Source: a virus. From it: DNA of 64,000 nt. Made by a program: the position numbers and the translations under genes. The stretch lies in IMG/VR virus record IMGVR_UViG_3300027319_000001. One strand, given 5' to 3'. Positions 8,756 through 17,796 of the stretch are shown piece by piece. The notes beneath the pieces were generated by a model that was not told the DNA's origin, ran no database searches, and saw only the letters and a list, made by a program, of their open reading frames with translations. Position 1 is the stretch's first letter. The number at the start of each line of letters is the position of its first letter.

Positions 8756-11700
8756 CCCGGTAGGCGGGAACATCCCGCCGTCCACCGCTATTCAGGTGGT
8801 TGGCGGGAAGCAGCTCAAAGACGCCGCTGAGGTCTTCAGTCGCGCAACTGAAAAGACGACACAAGCCAACAGGCGGCTCTCTGAGCAGCTGGACAAACTC
8901 ACCAAAGAGCTGGACAAGCTGTCCAAGGCCCTGAACCAGCTGCGGGGGCTGTCCGGTGGCTGGGCTAACACTGCTGCCGCCCATCCCGGTACCGGGCACG
9001 GGACCACGCCAACCGGCCACGTCACTTATGGCGCGAACGGTGGCGGCCCGCGCACTGGGGCTGGGGAGTCTCGTCAAGCTGTCGGCCGCACGCCAACCGG
9101 CCACATCACCTACGGTGCCAACGGCGGCTCCGTAGCCTTCGGTGCACAGCAGCAAGGGCGCACGATCCTTCCCACGGGCCATGTCCAGTACGGACCCAAC
9201 GGTGGGAACGTTCCCGGCCTGCCGCGAGGCTGGTCCTACACGCCATACGGGATCGTGCCGCCTAGATGGGCCCAGTTCATGTCTGGGCTTTCTGGAATCC
9301 AGCCAAGGGGCTGGGCAACTCGAAATACTCTGGCTACCGCTGCTGGTGAGGGTGTACGTCACATCCTGCAGGGAGCTATCTCGCGTGGCGTTCAGCTGAT
9401 GCCTGACCAGCTCATGCTGGACGCCATCACCGCGTATGAACGTCAGCGTGGACTGGGCGGGCTTACTCAGCTGTCTACGCGGTACGGCATCCTCGGCGCG
9501 GACAACCCATCCGGTTGGATGAATGTTGGTGAGCTGTCGCGGATGAGCGTCCAGAGTGTTCAGGACGCCATCCAAGGTCAGCTTACGACCATAGGACTGA
9601 CTGGTTCTGGACGTAACGCTCCGTCCCGGATTTCCTCAATCCAAAGAGCCGCAGACGCTCTCGGTTTCGCTAACCCTGGCGTCAGCTGGTCTCAGAGCGT
9701 CAACGTGATCGGGCAGATGCTCAAACCGTCAACACGTCTGAACTTCATGCTCATGGGTCTGCCCGATCCAACCGCTCCTGACGGTTCTTATCGAGGCAAC
9801 GCGCGCTTCTTTGACGCTTTCCTGAAGCGAATTTACGGCGGCCGGGAATCAGTTCCTCCGGACGTTTTTGAGGACGACTTCCGCGAGGGCGGCGTCGGCT
9901 TGGAAAACCTGCGGATGCTCGTTGGTGAAGAGGGTGCTGAGCTGATGCTTGAACCTCTTCGCCGCTACAACGAGGCCAAGTTCCGTGGGAAGAACGTAAG
10001 CGACTTCGACACCATCATGGCCGAATCCAACCTGAGCGGTGAGCGTGGCGAGCGTGCCCGCCGTATCGCTCAGGAGAAGTACGGGTTCGAGCCGATCGCG
10101 TACCGGCAGGAGCAGGCGATTGCCGCAAAGGCCCGTGCCAGCGAACTTGCAGGTCATGACGAGTACATGGACGCCTACAAGGCTGGTGCGGCAGCCGCAG
10201 ATACCTTTGCCGATGCCGTCCATGAGTTTGTGAATGCTCCGTTCATCAAGGAGGTAAAGAACTGGACTGAGGCGTTTTTCGGGCGATTTTTTGGCGGAAA
10301 TAGCAGCGGTCTTCCTCCGGGTAACGGTATTGGTGGAACACTGCGAGCGCAAGGGGCGGAAGGTCTTCCTCCGGGTAACGGTATTGGTGGTCTGCTGACC
10401 GCACAAGGTCATGAGCCAAAATCCAATGCCAATGACCCCAGGACTACCGCTTCCGCTGATACCGGTGCCGATGACAAGGAAAGTGGTCCGAAGGAAACTC
10501 GGGCGAACCGCCTGGAAAATCTCCGTGAAGAGCTTGTCGCCTACGCGAAGTCCTTTGTCGGCAAAAAGCTGCGCTATGCCGGAAGAGGTTACGAAAGAAA
10601 ACGGAACGAGCCGGGATGGGCTGACTGCTCGTCTTTCGTCTCGCGTGTGTATGCGAGGTTTGGCTACACCGTCGGTCCGACCACCGTTCAGCTTTGGCGA
10701 CAGGGTGTCGGCGTACCGCTGAGCAAACTCCTCCCCGGCGACGTGCTGCTGTCCGGTAGTCGTACCGAGGGCGGCGGCGCGGCGCATGCCGGTATCTACC
10801 TTGGCGACGGCAAATACATTGACGTCAGCAGTGGGCGCGGTGACCGGGCCGCGCGAATCCAGCCCATGTCGGCACATCGCTGGGAAGGCGCTCGCCGGAT
10901 CATCGGCGCGAAGGGCATTAAACAAGGTGATTACGATCCGCTGAGCAAGGATGAGCGCGCGAACGGCGGAGGTAGCGGCAGCAACGACGACGGCTCCAGC
11001 TCGACGGGAGTCGCAGCGGACAACGTTCGCTACGGCATCATGTCCGCTGGTCTTGGTGGCGGCAGCATGGGGTTGGGGTCTCCCAACGCAGCCGCTTACT
11101 CTACGTCAGAGTACGCCGCTCTGGCGGCGATCCTTTCTGGTGGCGGTGGCGGCGGAATGCTGCTCACCGGTGATCCTTACGATGAAGCTGCTGGGGACGA
11201 GACATCAGCCAGCTCCGCCGACGCTGCTGACGGCAGCAGCACCGATAGCAGCACCGACAGTGGCACTGACTCGTCCGACAGCGCCGACGGTAGCAAGCTG
11301 CCGAAACGCGGCACGATGCATGACAGGTACGGGCCGTTCCGTCGGGACAGGTTTGCCAACCCGCGTGACGACAAGACCATTAAATGGGGCGAGAAATATG
11401 GTGCTAGCGGCAGATGGACACAGAACTTCGCCCCGAAGAACGCTCCCAAGCCAAACATTCCCGCGAACAAAGACTACGCGCGACGTGCCGCAAAGGCCAA
11501 GTACGGATGGGGTGATGCCGAATTCCGGGCTCTTGACCTGCTCTGGCAGTCAGAATCCGGGTGGAATCAATACGCGGATAATCCGTACTCGGATGCCTAC
11601 GGAATTCCGCAAGCGCTTCCTGCCTGGAAAATGGCAGAAAAGGGCAAGGACTGGCGGATCAATCCGCGCACTCAAATTGACTGGGGCCTTGAGTACATCA

Positions 11701-12098
11701 AAAAGCGCTATGGGACTCCATCCAAGGCGTGGGCTTTCAAGCGTGCCAAGAACTGGTATGAGAAAGGCGCGTGGGAGATTGAGCAGGATGAGATCGCCCA
11801 GCTGCACAAGGGTGAGATGGTCATCCCTGCGCAACAGGCACGGCGGATCCGTGATGTCCTTCTCGAAGAGAATATCGATCGACCGCGAGGGACGCAGCCG
11901 ACCTTCACCTCCACGACTGGTGACGGTATCACTGTCAATCTGAACTTCCAGCCGGGCGCGATTTCGCTTCACGCCAGTGGCAGTGCTAACGCTGCGCAGT
12001 CACTTGCGCGGCAGTTTATCCGAGAATTGGAGAAGAAGGATCTGTACGCGAAAATCATGAGAGGGGAGGGTAAGACTTTTGGCCCCGTCTCCAAGTAA
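8742..12098 (+). CDS. tape measure protein with NlpC/P60-like and lysozyme/transglycosylase-like domains
   Basis: 1118 aa, located after the chaperone. NlpC/P60-like: ..GWADCSSFVSRVY..HAGIYLGDGKYID... Transglycosylase-like: ..ESGWNQYADNPYSDAYGIPQALP... Confidence 0.9.
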   Translation: MSETNPVGGNIPPSTAIQVVGGKQLKDAAEVFSRATEKTTQANRRLSEQLDKLTKELDKLSKALNQLRGLSGGWANTAAAHPGTGHGTTPTGHVTYGANGGGPRTGAGESRQAVGRTPTGHITYGANGGSVAFGAQQQGRTILPTGHVQYGPNGGNVPGLPRGWSYTPYGIVPPRWAQFMSGLSGIQPRGWATRNTLATAAGEGVRHILQGAISRGVQLMPDQLMLDAITAYERQRGLGGLTQLSTRYGILGADNPSGWMNVGELSRMSVQSVQDAIQGQLTTIGLTGSGRNAPSRISSIQRAADALGFANPGVSWSQSVNVIGQMLKPSTRLNFMLMGLPDPTAPDGSYRGNARFFDAFLKRIYGGRESVPPDVFEDDFREGGVGLENLRMLVGEEGAELMLEPLRRYNEAKFRGKNVSDFDTIMAESNLSGERGERARRIAQEKYGFEPIAYRQEQAIAAKARASELAGHDEYMDAYKAGAAAADTFADAVHEFVNAPFIKEVKNWTEAFFGRFFGGNSSGLPPGNGIGGTLRAQGAEGLPPGNGIGGLLTAQGHEPKSNANDPRTTASADTGADDKESGPKETRANRLENLREELVAYAKSFVGKKLRYAGRGYERKRNEPGWADCSSFVSRVYARFGYTVGPTTVQLWRQGVGVPLSKLLPGDVLLSGSRTEGGGAAHAGIYLGDGKYIDVSSGRGDRAARIQPMSAHRWEGARRIIGAKGIKQGDYDPLSKDERANGGGSGSNDDGSSSTGVAADNVRYGIMSAGLGGGSMGLGSPNAAAYSTSEYAALAAILSGGGGGGMLLTGDPYDEAAGDETSASSADAADGSSTDSSTDSGTDSSDSADGSKLPKRGTMHDRYGPFRRDRFANPRDDKTIKWGEKYGASGRWTQNFAPKNAPKPNIPANKDYARRAAKAKYGWGDAEFRALDLLWQSESGWNQYADNPYSDAYGIPQALPAWKMAEKGKDWRINPRTQIDWGLEYIKKRYGTPSKAWAFKRAKNWYEKGAWEIEQDEIAQLHKGEMVIPAQQARRIRDVLLEENIDRPRGTQPTFTSTTGDGITVNLNFQPGAISLHASGSANAAQSLARQFIRELEKKDLYAKIMRGEGKTFGPVSK
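10309..10391 (+). repeat. 29-bp direct repeat inside the tape measure gene
   Basis: GGTCTTCCTCCGGGTAACGGTATTGGTGG occurs at 10309..10337 and 10363..10391 (period 54 bp). It encodes GLPPGNGIGG twice. Confidence 0.9.
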
Positions 12099-12996
12099 GA
12101 ATATCAACCTGCCAGGTGCGGGAAACTGGAATCTTCCGTTCCATCAGAACCTTATCGGTTACCCGAGCATTGGCGCGATTCCTTCAACGGCGGGGTCTAC
12201 CAGCATCGGTGCAAAAAATCGTGAAGTATATGTTGAGCGTGGGTACATCAAGTCAGACCCCAACGCTTATACGGCTGACCAGACGAAGGCTCCCCTCCGG
12301 TACCTGTACTTCCTCTATAACCCGTCCACGATTTCCACGGGTTACAGCATGCAGACGGATGCGCCAACCATCGCGCTGATGTTGCGGAAGGACAACGGCC
12401 GGGCGCAACCGCTTACGCAGCTGCAGCAGAGCTTGGACTTCGCCCTGCTGTTCGACCGGACCTATGAGGTCCTTGAAGGTGATACGGAAGGCGCGTGGCG
12501 GGATGTGCGCGCTGCACTGGCGCTGGTTGGCGTGATGGACAACATAGAGGACCGTGGCGGTGATATATACCAGTCTGACTGGAACTTCCAGACTGGTCCC
12601 ATGCTTCCTCGCGCCATGTACTTCCACTTCGGAAATCAGCGCGGTGGCATGATGTTCTATGGGATGATCACATCGTTGTCCATTGAGTACACTCATTTTT
12701 CCCGCGACATGATTCCCATGCGCGTTGGCATGCGCGTGTCAGCTCAGCTGCTTCCTGACCCGTCCGAGGTTCCCCTGTGGCAGCCTCCATCGTCCAGGGA
12801 ACCGAGCAATTACGTAAACCTTCCGGGAGAGGGGAGCTTCTTTGATTTCGACTCCCCGGATGACTGGTTCTTCGGCCCGGTTACTGCAGAACCAACGGGA
12901 AACCGACCGTCGAACAACTCAGTGAGTAACACTCCATCATCTGGTGGACTCGTCCCTACTCCTACTCCTGGTCCCCGGCCGACGCCGCCTCGGTGA
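12079..12996 (+). CDS. tail/baseplate-proximal protein, proline-rich C-terminus
   Basis: 305-aa ORF (TTG start) overlapping the tape measure end by 20 nt, in the structural string. Confidence 0.6.
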   Translation: MAPSPSKNINLPGAGNWNLPFHQNLIGYPSIGAIPSTAGSTSIGAKNREVYVERGYIKSDPNAYTADQTKAPLRYLYFLYNPSTISTGYSMQTDAPTIALMLRKDNGRAQPLTQLQQSLDFALLFDRTYEVLEGDTEGAWRDVRAALALVGVMDNIEDRGGDIYQSDWNFQTGPMLPRAMYFHFGNQRGGMMFYGMITSLSIEYTHFSRDMIPMRVGMRVSAQLLPDPSEVPLWQPPSSREPSNYVNLPGEGSFFDFDSPDDWFFGPVTAEPTGNRPSNNSVSNTPSSGGLVPTPTPGPRPTPPR

Positions 12997-13008
12997 TTGG
13001 AGCAGAAA

Positions 13009-13275
13009 ATGGCGTGGAGCAGATATGAGGACGTCCCGATAGAGTACGGCGTCTATCGTGGCCGACTTGTTCGTGGGAAAGCCATTCGGCGCGTGCCGTA
13101 CAAGCAGTTCGCCTGGACCCCACATAAGTTCAAAGAAGGGGAGCGGATAGAGCTTGTGGCGGACAGCTTCTATGGAGACCCGTTTATGTGGCCGATCATC
13201 GCGGATGCGAATCCAGAGCATTTCTGGTTTGGGAACTTCGGACCTTCGGACGTGATCAGGGTGCCGTATGTCTGA
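13009..13275 (+). CDS. LysM-like tail protein (P2 gpX-like)
   Basis: RBS GGAG precedes ATG 13009. The motif ..ERIELVADSFYGDPFMWPIIADANP...VIRVP is LysM-like, and the gene sits before the gpD-like gene. Confidence 0.6.
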   Translation: MAWSRYEDVPIEYGVYRGRLVRGKAIRRVPYKQFAWTPHKFKEGERIELVADSFYGDPFMWPIIADANPEHFWFGNFGPSDVIRVPYV

Positions 13276-14422
13276 AGCCAAGGTTCACTATGAGGTTTGG
13301 ATCAACGGCACCAAAAAGATCGAGCCTGGTCCGTACAGCATGAAGATCACCCGGTCAATCGGGATGAACACCCTCGTTGTCGCCAAGGTCGCCCGGCCGT
13401 TTACTCGTGATCCTAATGCGGCAGACCTGCCGGAATCCGGAACTCCGGTAAAGGTCGTGTGGGGGACAAAACCGGACAAGCTGCGCACGTGGTACGGGTA
13501 TATTCACTACGCGCAGATCAATGATGACGACCCCACAGGACCAGCAAATCATGAAGTGGTCGAATACGCCATGCTCGGCACGGGAATGGCACTGGAAAAC
13601 GAACGGAATCGGGACTGGCGGGAGATCACGGACTCGGGTATTGCTCTGAAGATAGCGGAAGAGTACGGGCTTGCTTGCGTCGTGCATCAGACTAAGCGTG
13701 TCCACAAGTACCTGTATCAACCAGGTGTATCCGATCTGGAGTGGCTGAGGCAGCGGGCTCGTGAATGTGAGAGACGTGTCCACGTCGAAAACGGCGTGCT
13801 TTACTTCGTGGATCCAGCCTCTCTTGCGCTGGCCAGGAAGCAGCAGCCTATACGTTCCATCATGAACAAGGGGCGCGAGGCTGACGAGGTCAAGAACATC
13901 GAGCCGATCTATGGTGCACTTGTGCCTCGTGCAGGCAAGCAAGCGCAACGTGTTGTTTCCGGCCTGGACATTAAGACGAACCAGCTGCTGGAAACCAAGG
14001 CTGTTCCTCAGAAGCCGGTTTTGGAGTGGGTGGCTCGGGATGCCAATGTTGCAGACGTAGCCGAGCTGTACGAGCGTGCGAACGCTTACAACGTCGAGCA
14101 CGAGGAATGGCTGCACGCCAAAATGGAGATCGAACACTACTCAAATGTCGACCACCTGCCAGGACAGCTGGTCGACATCGACGGTCGTGCAGTCCACCCA
14201 ACAATGCGGGGAATCTGGATGATCACACAGTCGGAACACTATCTTGAGTCCCGTTTTGTTTCCGGTACTGGTGTTCGGAGGTTTGATTCTGAGCTGATCA
14301 TCACGAGGAATTCGCCTAGCACCTACAGCCTTCGGGATCGGCAAGTGCCAAACATTGACGATGCGTGCATGCTTTCCGGCAACTTTTGGATTAGCGTGAA
14401 TCAGCAGAAGGTGATCCTATGA
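13268..14422 (+). CDS. baseplate hub / late-control gpD-like protein
   Basis: 384 aa, between the gpX-like and gpV-like genes, matching P2-type gene order. Confidence 0.55.
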   Translation: MSEAKVHYEVWINGTKKIEPGPYSMKITRSIGMNTLVVAKVARPFTRDPNAADLPESGTPVKVVWGTKPDKLRTWYGYIHYAQINDDDPTGPANHEVVEYAMLGTGMALENERNRDWREITDSGIALKIAEEYGLACVVHQTKRVHKYLYQPGVSDLEWLRQRARECERRVHVENGVLYFVDPASLALARKQQPIRSIMNKGREADEVKNIEPIYGALVPRAGKQAQRVVSGLDIKTNQLLETKAVPQKPVLEWVARDANVADVAELYERANAYNVEHEEWLHAKMEIEHYSNVDHLPGQLVDIDGRAVHPTMRGIWMITQSEHYLESRFVSGTGVRRFDSELIITRNSPSTYSLRDRQVPNIDDACMLSGNFWISVNQQKVIL

Positions 14423-15093
14423 ACCCGAGCGCGCTGTATCAGGGGATTGTTGTCTCAAGCCAGGATCCGGAAGGAAAGAACCGGATCACCGCTCGCGTGC
14501 CTCACGTCCTTGGGAACACTATTTCAGAATGGGCGCGTCCTGGTTCTGCCATTCATTGTGAGCTGAAGCCGGGAAGCGTGGTGTGGATCGCCTTCCCGAA
14601 CGGAGACACCAGGTACCCGATCTACTATCCGCCAAATGATCCGGCGATCGGCCGCATCATCCCCGGATATGACCAGATGGCGATCAATGGGCCGTCGTCC
14701 GGCGGTATCGTGCTGAACGCAGACGTGCACGCAAAACGCGGTGATGGCGGATACGTGAGAGTCTACGCCTCAGAATTCGTCACTGCGTCATCATCCGACT
14801 ACAAGGACAACATAACCCAGATTCCTAGCAACTATAACGCCTTGCAAAAGATTGGGAACGCGCCGGTATACACCTGGACCTATAAACCTTCGTATGCTGC
14901 TTCCGGTGGCAGTGGAATCGGTCCGCTGGTCGAGAACCTGCCGGACGAGGTCAAGAATTCGGACGGCACAGTGAATCTGTTATCACTTGTGGGTGTGCTT
15001 TGGCAAGCGCTGAGAGAACAGCGTCAAATCAACCAGCAGCTGCAGAACCGTATATCCAACCTTGAGGACTTCATCGGGACAATCGGGGTTTGA
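14419..15093 (+). CDS. baseplate spike (gpV/gp5 OB-fold-like) with C-terminal S74-type intramolecular chaperone-like domain
   Basis: N-terminus: ..GIVVSSQDPEGKNRITARVPHVLG..SEWARP. C-terminus: ..VYTWTYKP..GIGPLVENLPDEV..LLSLVGVLWQALREQRQINQQLQNRISNLE. Confidence 0.7.
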   Translation: MNPSALYQGIVVSSQDPEGKNRITARVPHVLGNTISEWARPGSAIHCELKPGSVVWIAFPNGDTRYPIYYPPNDPAIGRIIPGYDQMAINGPSSGGIVLNADVHAKRGDGGYVRVYASEFVTASSSDYKDNITQIPSNYNALQKIGNAPVYTWTYKPSYAASGGSGIGPLVENLPDEVKNSDGTVNLLSLVGVLWQALREQRQINQQLQNRISNLEDFIGTIGV

Positions 15094-15105
15094 TTCAAAA
15101 TAACG

Positions 15106-15161
15106 CACCTCCCGAGAATACACTGAAATAGACCTGGAAGTTAAGATTTGACCGGGAGGTG
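15106..15161 (+). promoter_or_regulatory. long-range hairpin whose 3' arm contains the gp25-like gene RBS
   Basis: CACCTCCCG (15106..15114) pairs with CGGGAGGTG (15153..15161). The GGGAGG Shine-Dalgarno lies in the 3' arm, 6 nt before TTG 15167. Confidence 0.4.
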
Positions 15162-15166
15162 TTTGC

Positions 15167-15589
15167 TTGTTTGATAATCTTCCGGTCGCCGTTGACCTGC
15201 CTTTTCGATTTGAGAATGGGCAGATCGCGACGAATCGTGACGTCGATCGGCAAATCCGGCAACGGCTGATTGCCATCATCGGGACCAACCCGACTGAGCG
15301 GATCATGCTGCCGAATCTTGGTGTTGGCGTCGCACGTTTCGTCTTCGAACCGGATCCTGCCCAGGTCACCTCTGATCTCACCACAGAAATCAAGAATCAG
15401 GCTGCCAGGTATGAACCGGGCGCGACGATCGTCAGAGTGATTCCTCGCCCAAACGCCAAAAAGGGCGAGGCGATCCTTGACATTGAATACGAACGCACCG
15501 ACACGCCGGATTCCAACCGTGGTAGCCGTTTCGTCCACATGGCTGCTATCGGCCCTGGCGGTATTGTGCACGAGGTGATCCGTGGCTGA
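15167..15589 (+). CDS. baseplate wedge protein gp25/gpW-like
   Basis: ..LPFRFENGQIATNRDVDRQIRQRLIAIIGTNPTERIMLPNLG.. is the GPW_gp25 pattern. Confidence 0.8.
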   Translation: MFDNLPVAVDLPFRFENGQIATNRDVDRQIRQRLIAIIGTNPTERIMLPNLGVGVARFVFEPDPAQVTSDLTTEIKNQAARYEPGATIVRVIPRPNAKKGEAILDIEYERTDTPDSNRGSRFVHMAAIGPGGIVHEVIRG

Positions 15590-17096
15590 CGAAACCCTGG
15601 AATCCATTGGTTATGACCCGGGCATAGTCAGCCTGGATTACACTGCCCGGGATTATCCTGCCGTCCTTGCCGAACTGGTGCGGCGTGCCCAACAGGTGAT
15701 CCCTGAATGGACCGCCAGAGGTGAGGGCGACTTCGTCATGATGATCGCTGAGATCGTCGCCGCTGGCGTCGATCTGGCGAACTACTACATTGATCGTGTT
15801 CTGTCGGAAAGCACTCTCGCCACTGCTACCAGTCGCGAGCAGATCCTCGCCCTGGCCGAGCAGCTTGGGTACATCACCCACGGTTCTATTCCGAGCAAGG
15901 CCACCGTCACGGTTCGGACGGACGTCAACGGCCCCCCTGTGACCATCGCGGCCGGGACGCAATTCATTAGCGACTATGTCCCGGAAATCGACGGACCTGT
16001 GGTTTTTGAAGCCGACGAGGACGTGATCGTGCCTGGCAACGGCGGCACGGCAGAGGTCCCTGTGACGCAGGGACAGACCGTACAGCCGTACCTTGCTGGC
16101 CACGGATCTGGTCAGCCGGGCTTCCAGCTGCTGCTGCCGCACCAGGGAGTGATTGAGGGCAGCGTCCGAGTGTGGGTGCAGGGTCCTCACGCGAATGTCG
16201 AGTGGACACGGGTGAACAGGCTCGTACAGGCCGCTCCTGGCGAACAAGTGTTCGAGGTGCGGCTGCGCGCTGACGGGACCACGGTGGTGCGTTTCGGTAC
16301 TGGAGCGAACGGAGCTATCCCTGATCTTGGTGCCGAGATCTACCTGTCGTACCGCGTTGGTGTAGGCAAGTACGGGAATCTCCCGGCAGGGAAAATCCGC
16401 CACATTGCGCTTCCCTCGCAGCAGTCCGGCGTGGTCGTAGCCGTGGACTCGTCCAACCAGCCGCTATCTACGGCTGCCACTGGCGGCGCTGACCCGGAGA
16501 GCAACACGGAGATCCGGCGCAACGCTCCCCAGGCATTCGCTGCCCAAAACCGTTGCGTAACCCTGGAGGACTTTGAACGTCTTGCTCTCCAGGTTCCTGG
16601 TGTGAGCGCAGCTAACGCTGTGAGCGCAAGGACTGCCAGCGTCACGGTCTATGTCGCCGGACCTGATCGGACCATCCCCAACCAGTCTCTTCTAGAGGCG
16701 GTGCAGGCACACCTTGCAGCGCATGCCGTTGCTGGCGTGATGGTATCAGCCAACGCTCCGCAACAGGTGCCTGTGAACTTCGGGACGGAACAGGACCCGT
16801 TGCGGGTTTACGTGGCTCCAGGCTGGCGGGATGTGCAGGTCGCGGAGACCGTACGCACGGAGCTAGCCAATATTTTCAAGAGCGAGGATGTCACGCTCGG
16901 CTCGCGTATCACGCTCTCCACGGTCTACACCAGGCTGTCCCAGCTGCCTGGTGTCATCAACGTTTCCATTCCGGTGATGGCTCGCGCTGATGCTCCGCAA
17001 TCCGGGGCGGATGACGCAGTCATGGAGCCTCATGAATTGCCTGTTCTGGGGAGCGTAGAGCTGATCACCGTCGGCGGCGTCATCACGCCTGTGTGA
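15582..17096 (+). CDS. Baseplate J-like protein
   Basis: 504 aa with ..YTARDYPAVLAELVRRAQQVIPEWT..DFVMMIAEIVAAGVDLANYYIDR... It follows the gp25-like gene. Confidence 0.85.
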   Translation: MADETLESIGYDPGIVSLDYTARDYPAVLAELVRRAQQVIPEWTARGEGDFVMMIAEIVAAGVDLANYYIDRVLSESTLATATSREQILALAEQLGYITHGSIPSKATVTVRTDVNGPPVTIAAGTQFISDYVPEIDGPVVFEADEDVIVPGNGGTAEVPVTQGQTVQPYLAGHGSGQPGFQLLLPHQGVIEGSVRVWVQGPHANVEWTRVNRLVQAAPGEQVFEVRLRADGTTVVRFGTGANGAIPDLGAEIYLSYRVGVGKYGNLPAGKIRHIALPSQQSGVVVAVDSSNQPLSTAATGGADPESNTEIRRNAPQAFAAQNRCVTLEDFERLALQVPGVSAANAVSARTASVTVYVAGPDRTIPNQSLLEAVQAHLAAHAVAGVMVSANAPQQVPVNFGTEQDPLRVYVAPGWRDVQVAETVRTELANIFKSEDVTLGSRITLSTVYTRLSQLPGVINVSIPVMARADAPQSGADDAVMEPHELPVLGSVELITVGGVITPV

Positions 17097-17106
17097 GGAC
17101 GGTGAA

Positions 17107-17796
17107 ATGAGCGCGACATATCCGGCGGGAATCCGCACCTGGACGACCAAGCGTGGGTGGTACCACATTCTTTGGGCCGCCCACATGAATGATATGCAAG
17201 ATGAGATTCACGCTACACAGGTCACGCTTGGCGTGAATCCGCATATCTCTTACAACAATCCAGGTGGAATCACCCGGCAATACGGGACTTTCGATAATCG
17301 CCTAACACAACATGCGAGGGGAACAGATATCCCCATCTATCGCGGCCGTGCGATGAACGTGAACCTTACCCCGAACACCTGGACAACCATTAATTTCGAG
17401 CACAGGAGCGATCCTTTCCATCTCGCCGAGGGTGACGGCACTATCCGGCTCAACACGCACGGCTTGTGGCTGCTTGCTGCTCGTGCAGAGTATCGTGCGA
17501 CAGGCCACAGCCTGCAGAAACAGGCTGGTCGGCGGATGCGCATCCTGGTCGACGGGCAGGACGTCGGACTGTCTGACTTCACCGGGGAAACGAGCAAGAA
17601 TTCGTTCGCCCTACATAATCACATCACTTGGCCGGAAGTGCTTCCTTTCGGTACCCGGCTTCGCGTCCAGATTCGCACGGACATGGACGCGCCGCCTCAC
17701 GACATTCTGGCGAATGTTACATTCCGAGTAACCCTCCTGCGCACGGTAGATGCCGTGAATGAAGCAGGGAAAATTCGGCTTGCGGAGGCTGCCTGA
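17107..17796 (+). CDS. tail fibre / baseplate-distal protein, paralog 1
   Basis: It shares the N-terminal block YP..IR.WTTK......H.N..QDEIHATQ...GVNP with 17796.. and 19107... Confidence 0.65.
   Translation: MSATYPAGIRTWTTKRGWYHILWAAHMNDMQDEIHATQVTLGVNPHISYNNPGGITRQYGTFDNRLTQHARGTDIPIYRGRAMNVNLTPNTWTTINFEHRSDPFHLAEGDGTIRLNTHGLWLLAARAEYRATGHSLQKQAGRRMRILVDGQDVGLSDFTGETSKNSFALHNHITWPEVLPFGTRLRVQIRTDMDAPPHDILANVTFRVTLLRTVDAVNEAGKIRLAEAA

Noticed and set aside
9849-11943. Long ORFs 9849..10925(-) and 10951..11943(+) inside the tape measure gene
   Set aside because: Both lie wholly within the 1118-aa tape measure frame, which has recognisable domains. Their translations are compositionally biased nonsense.
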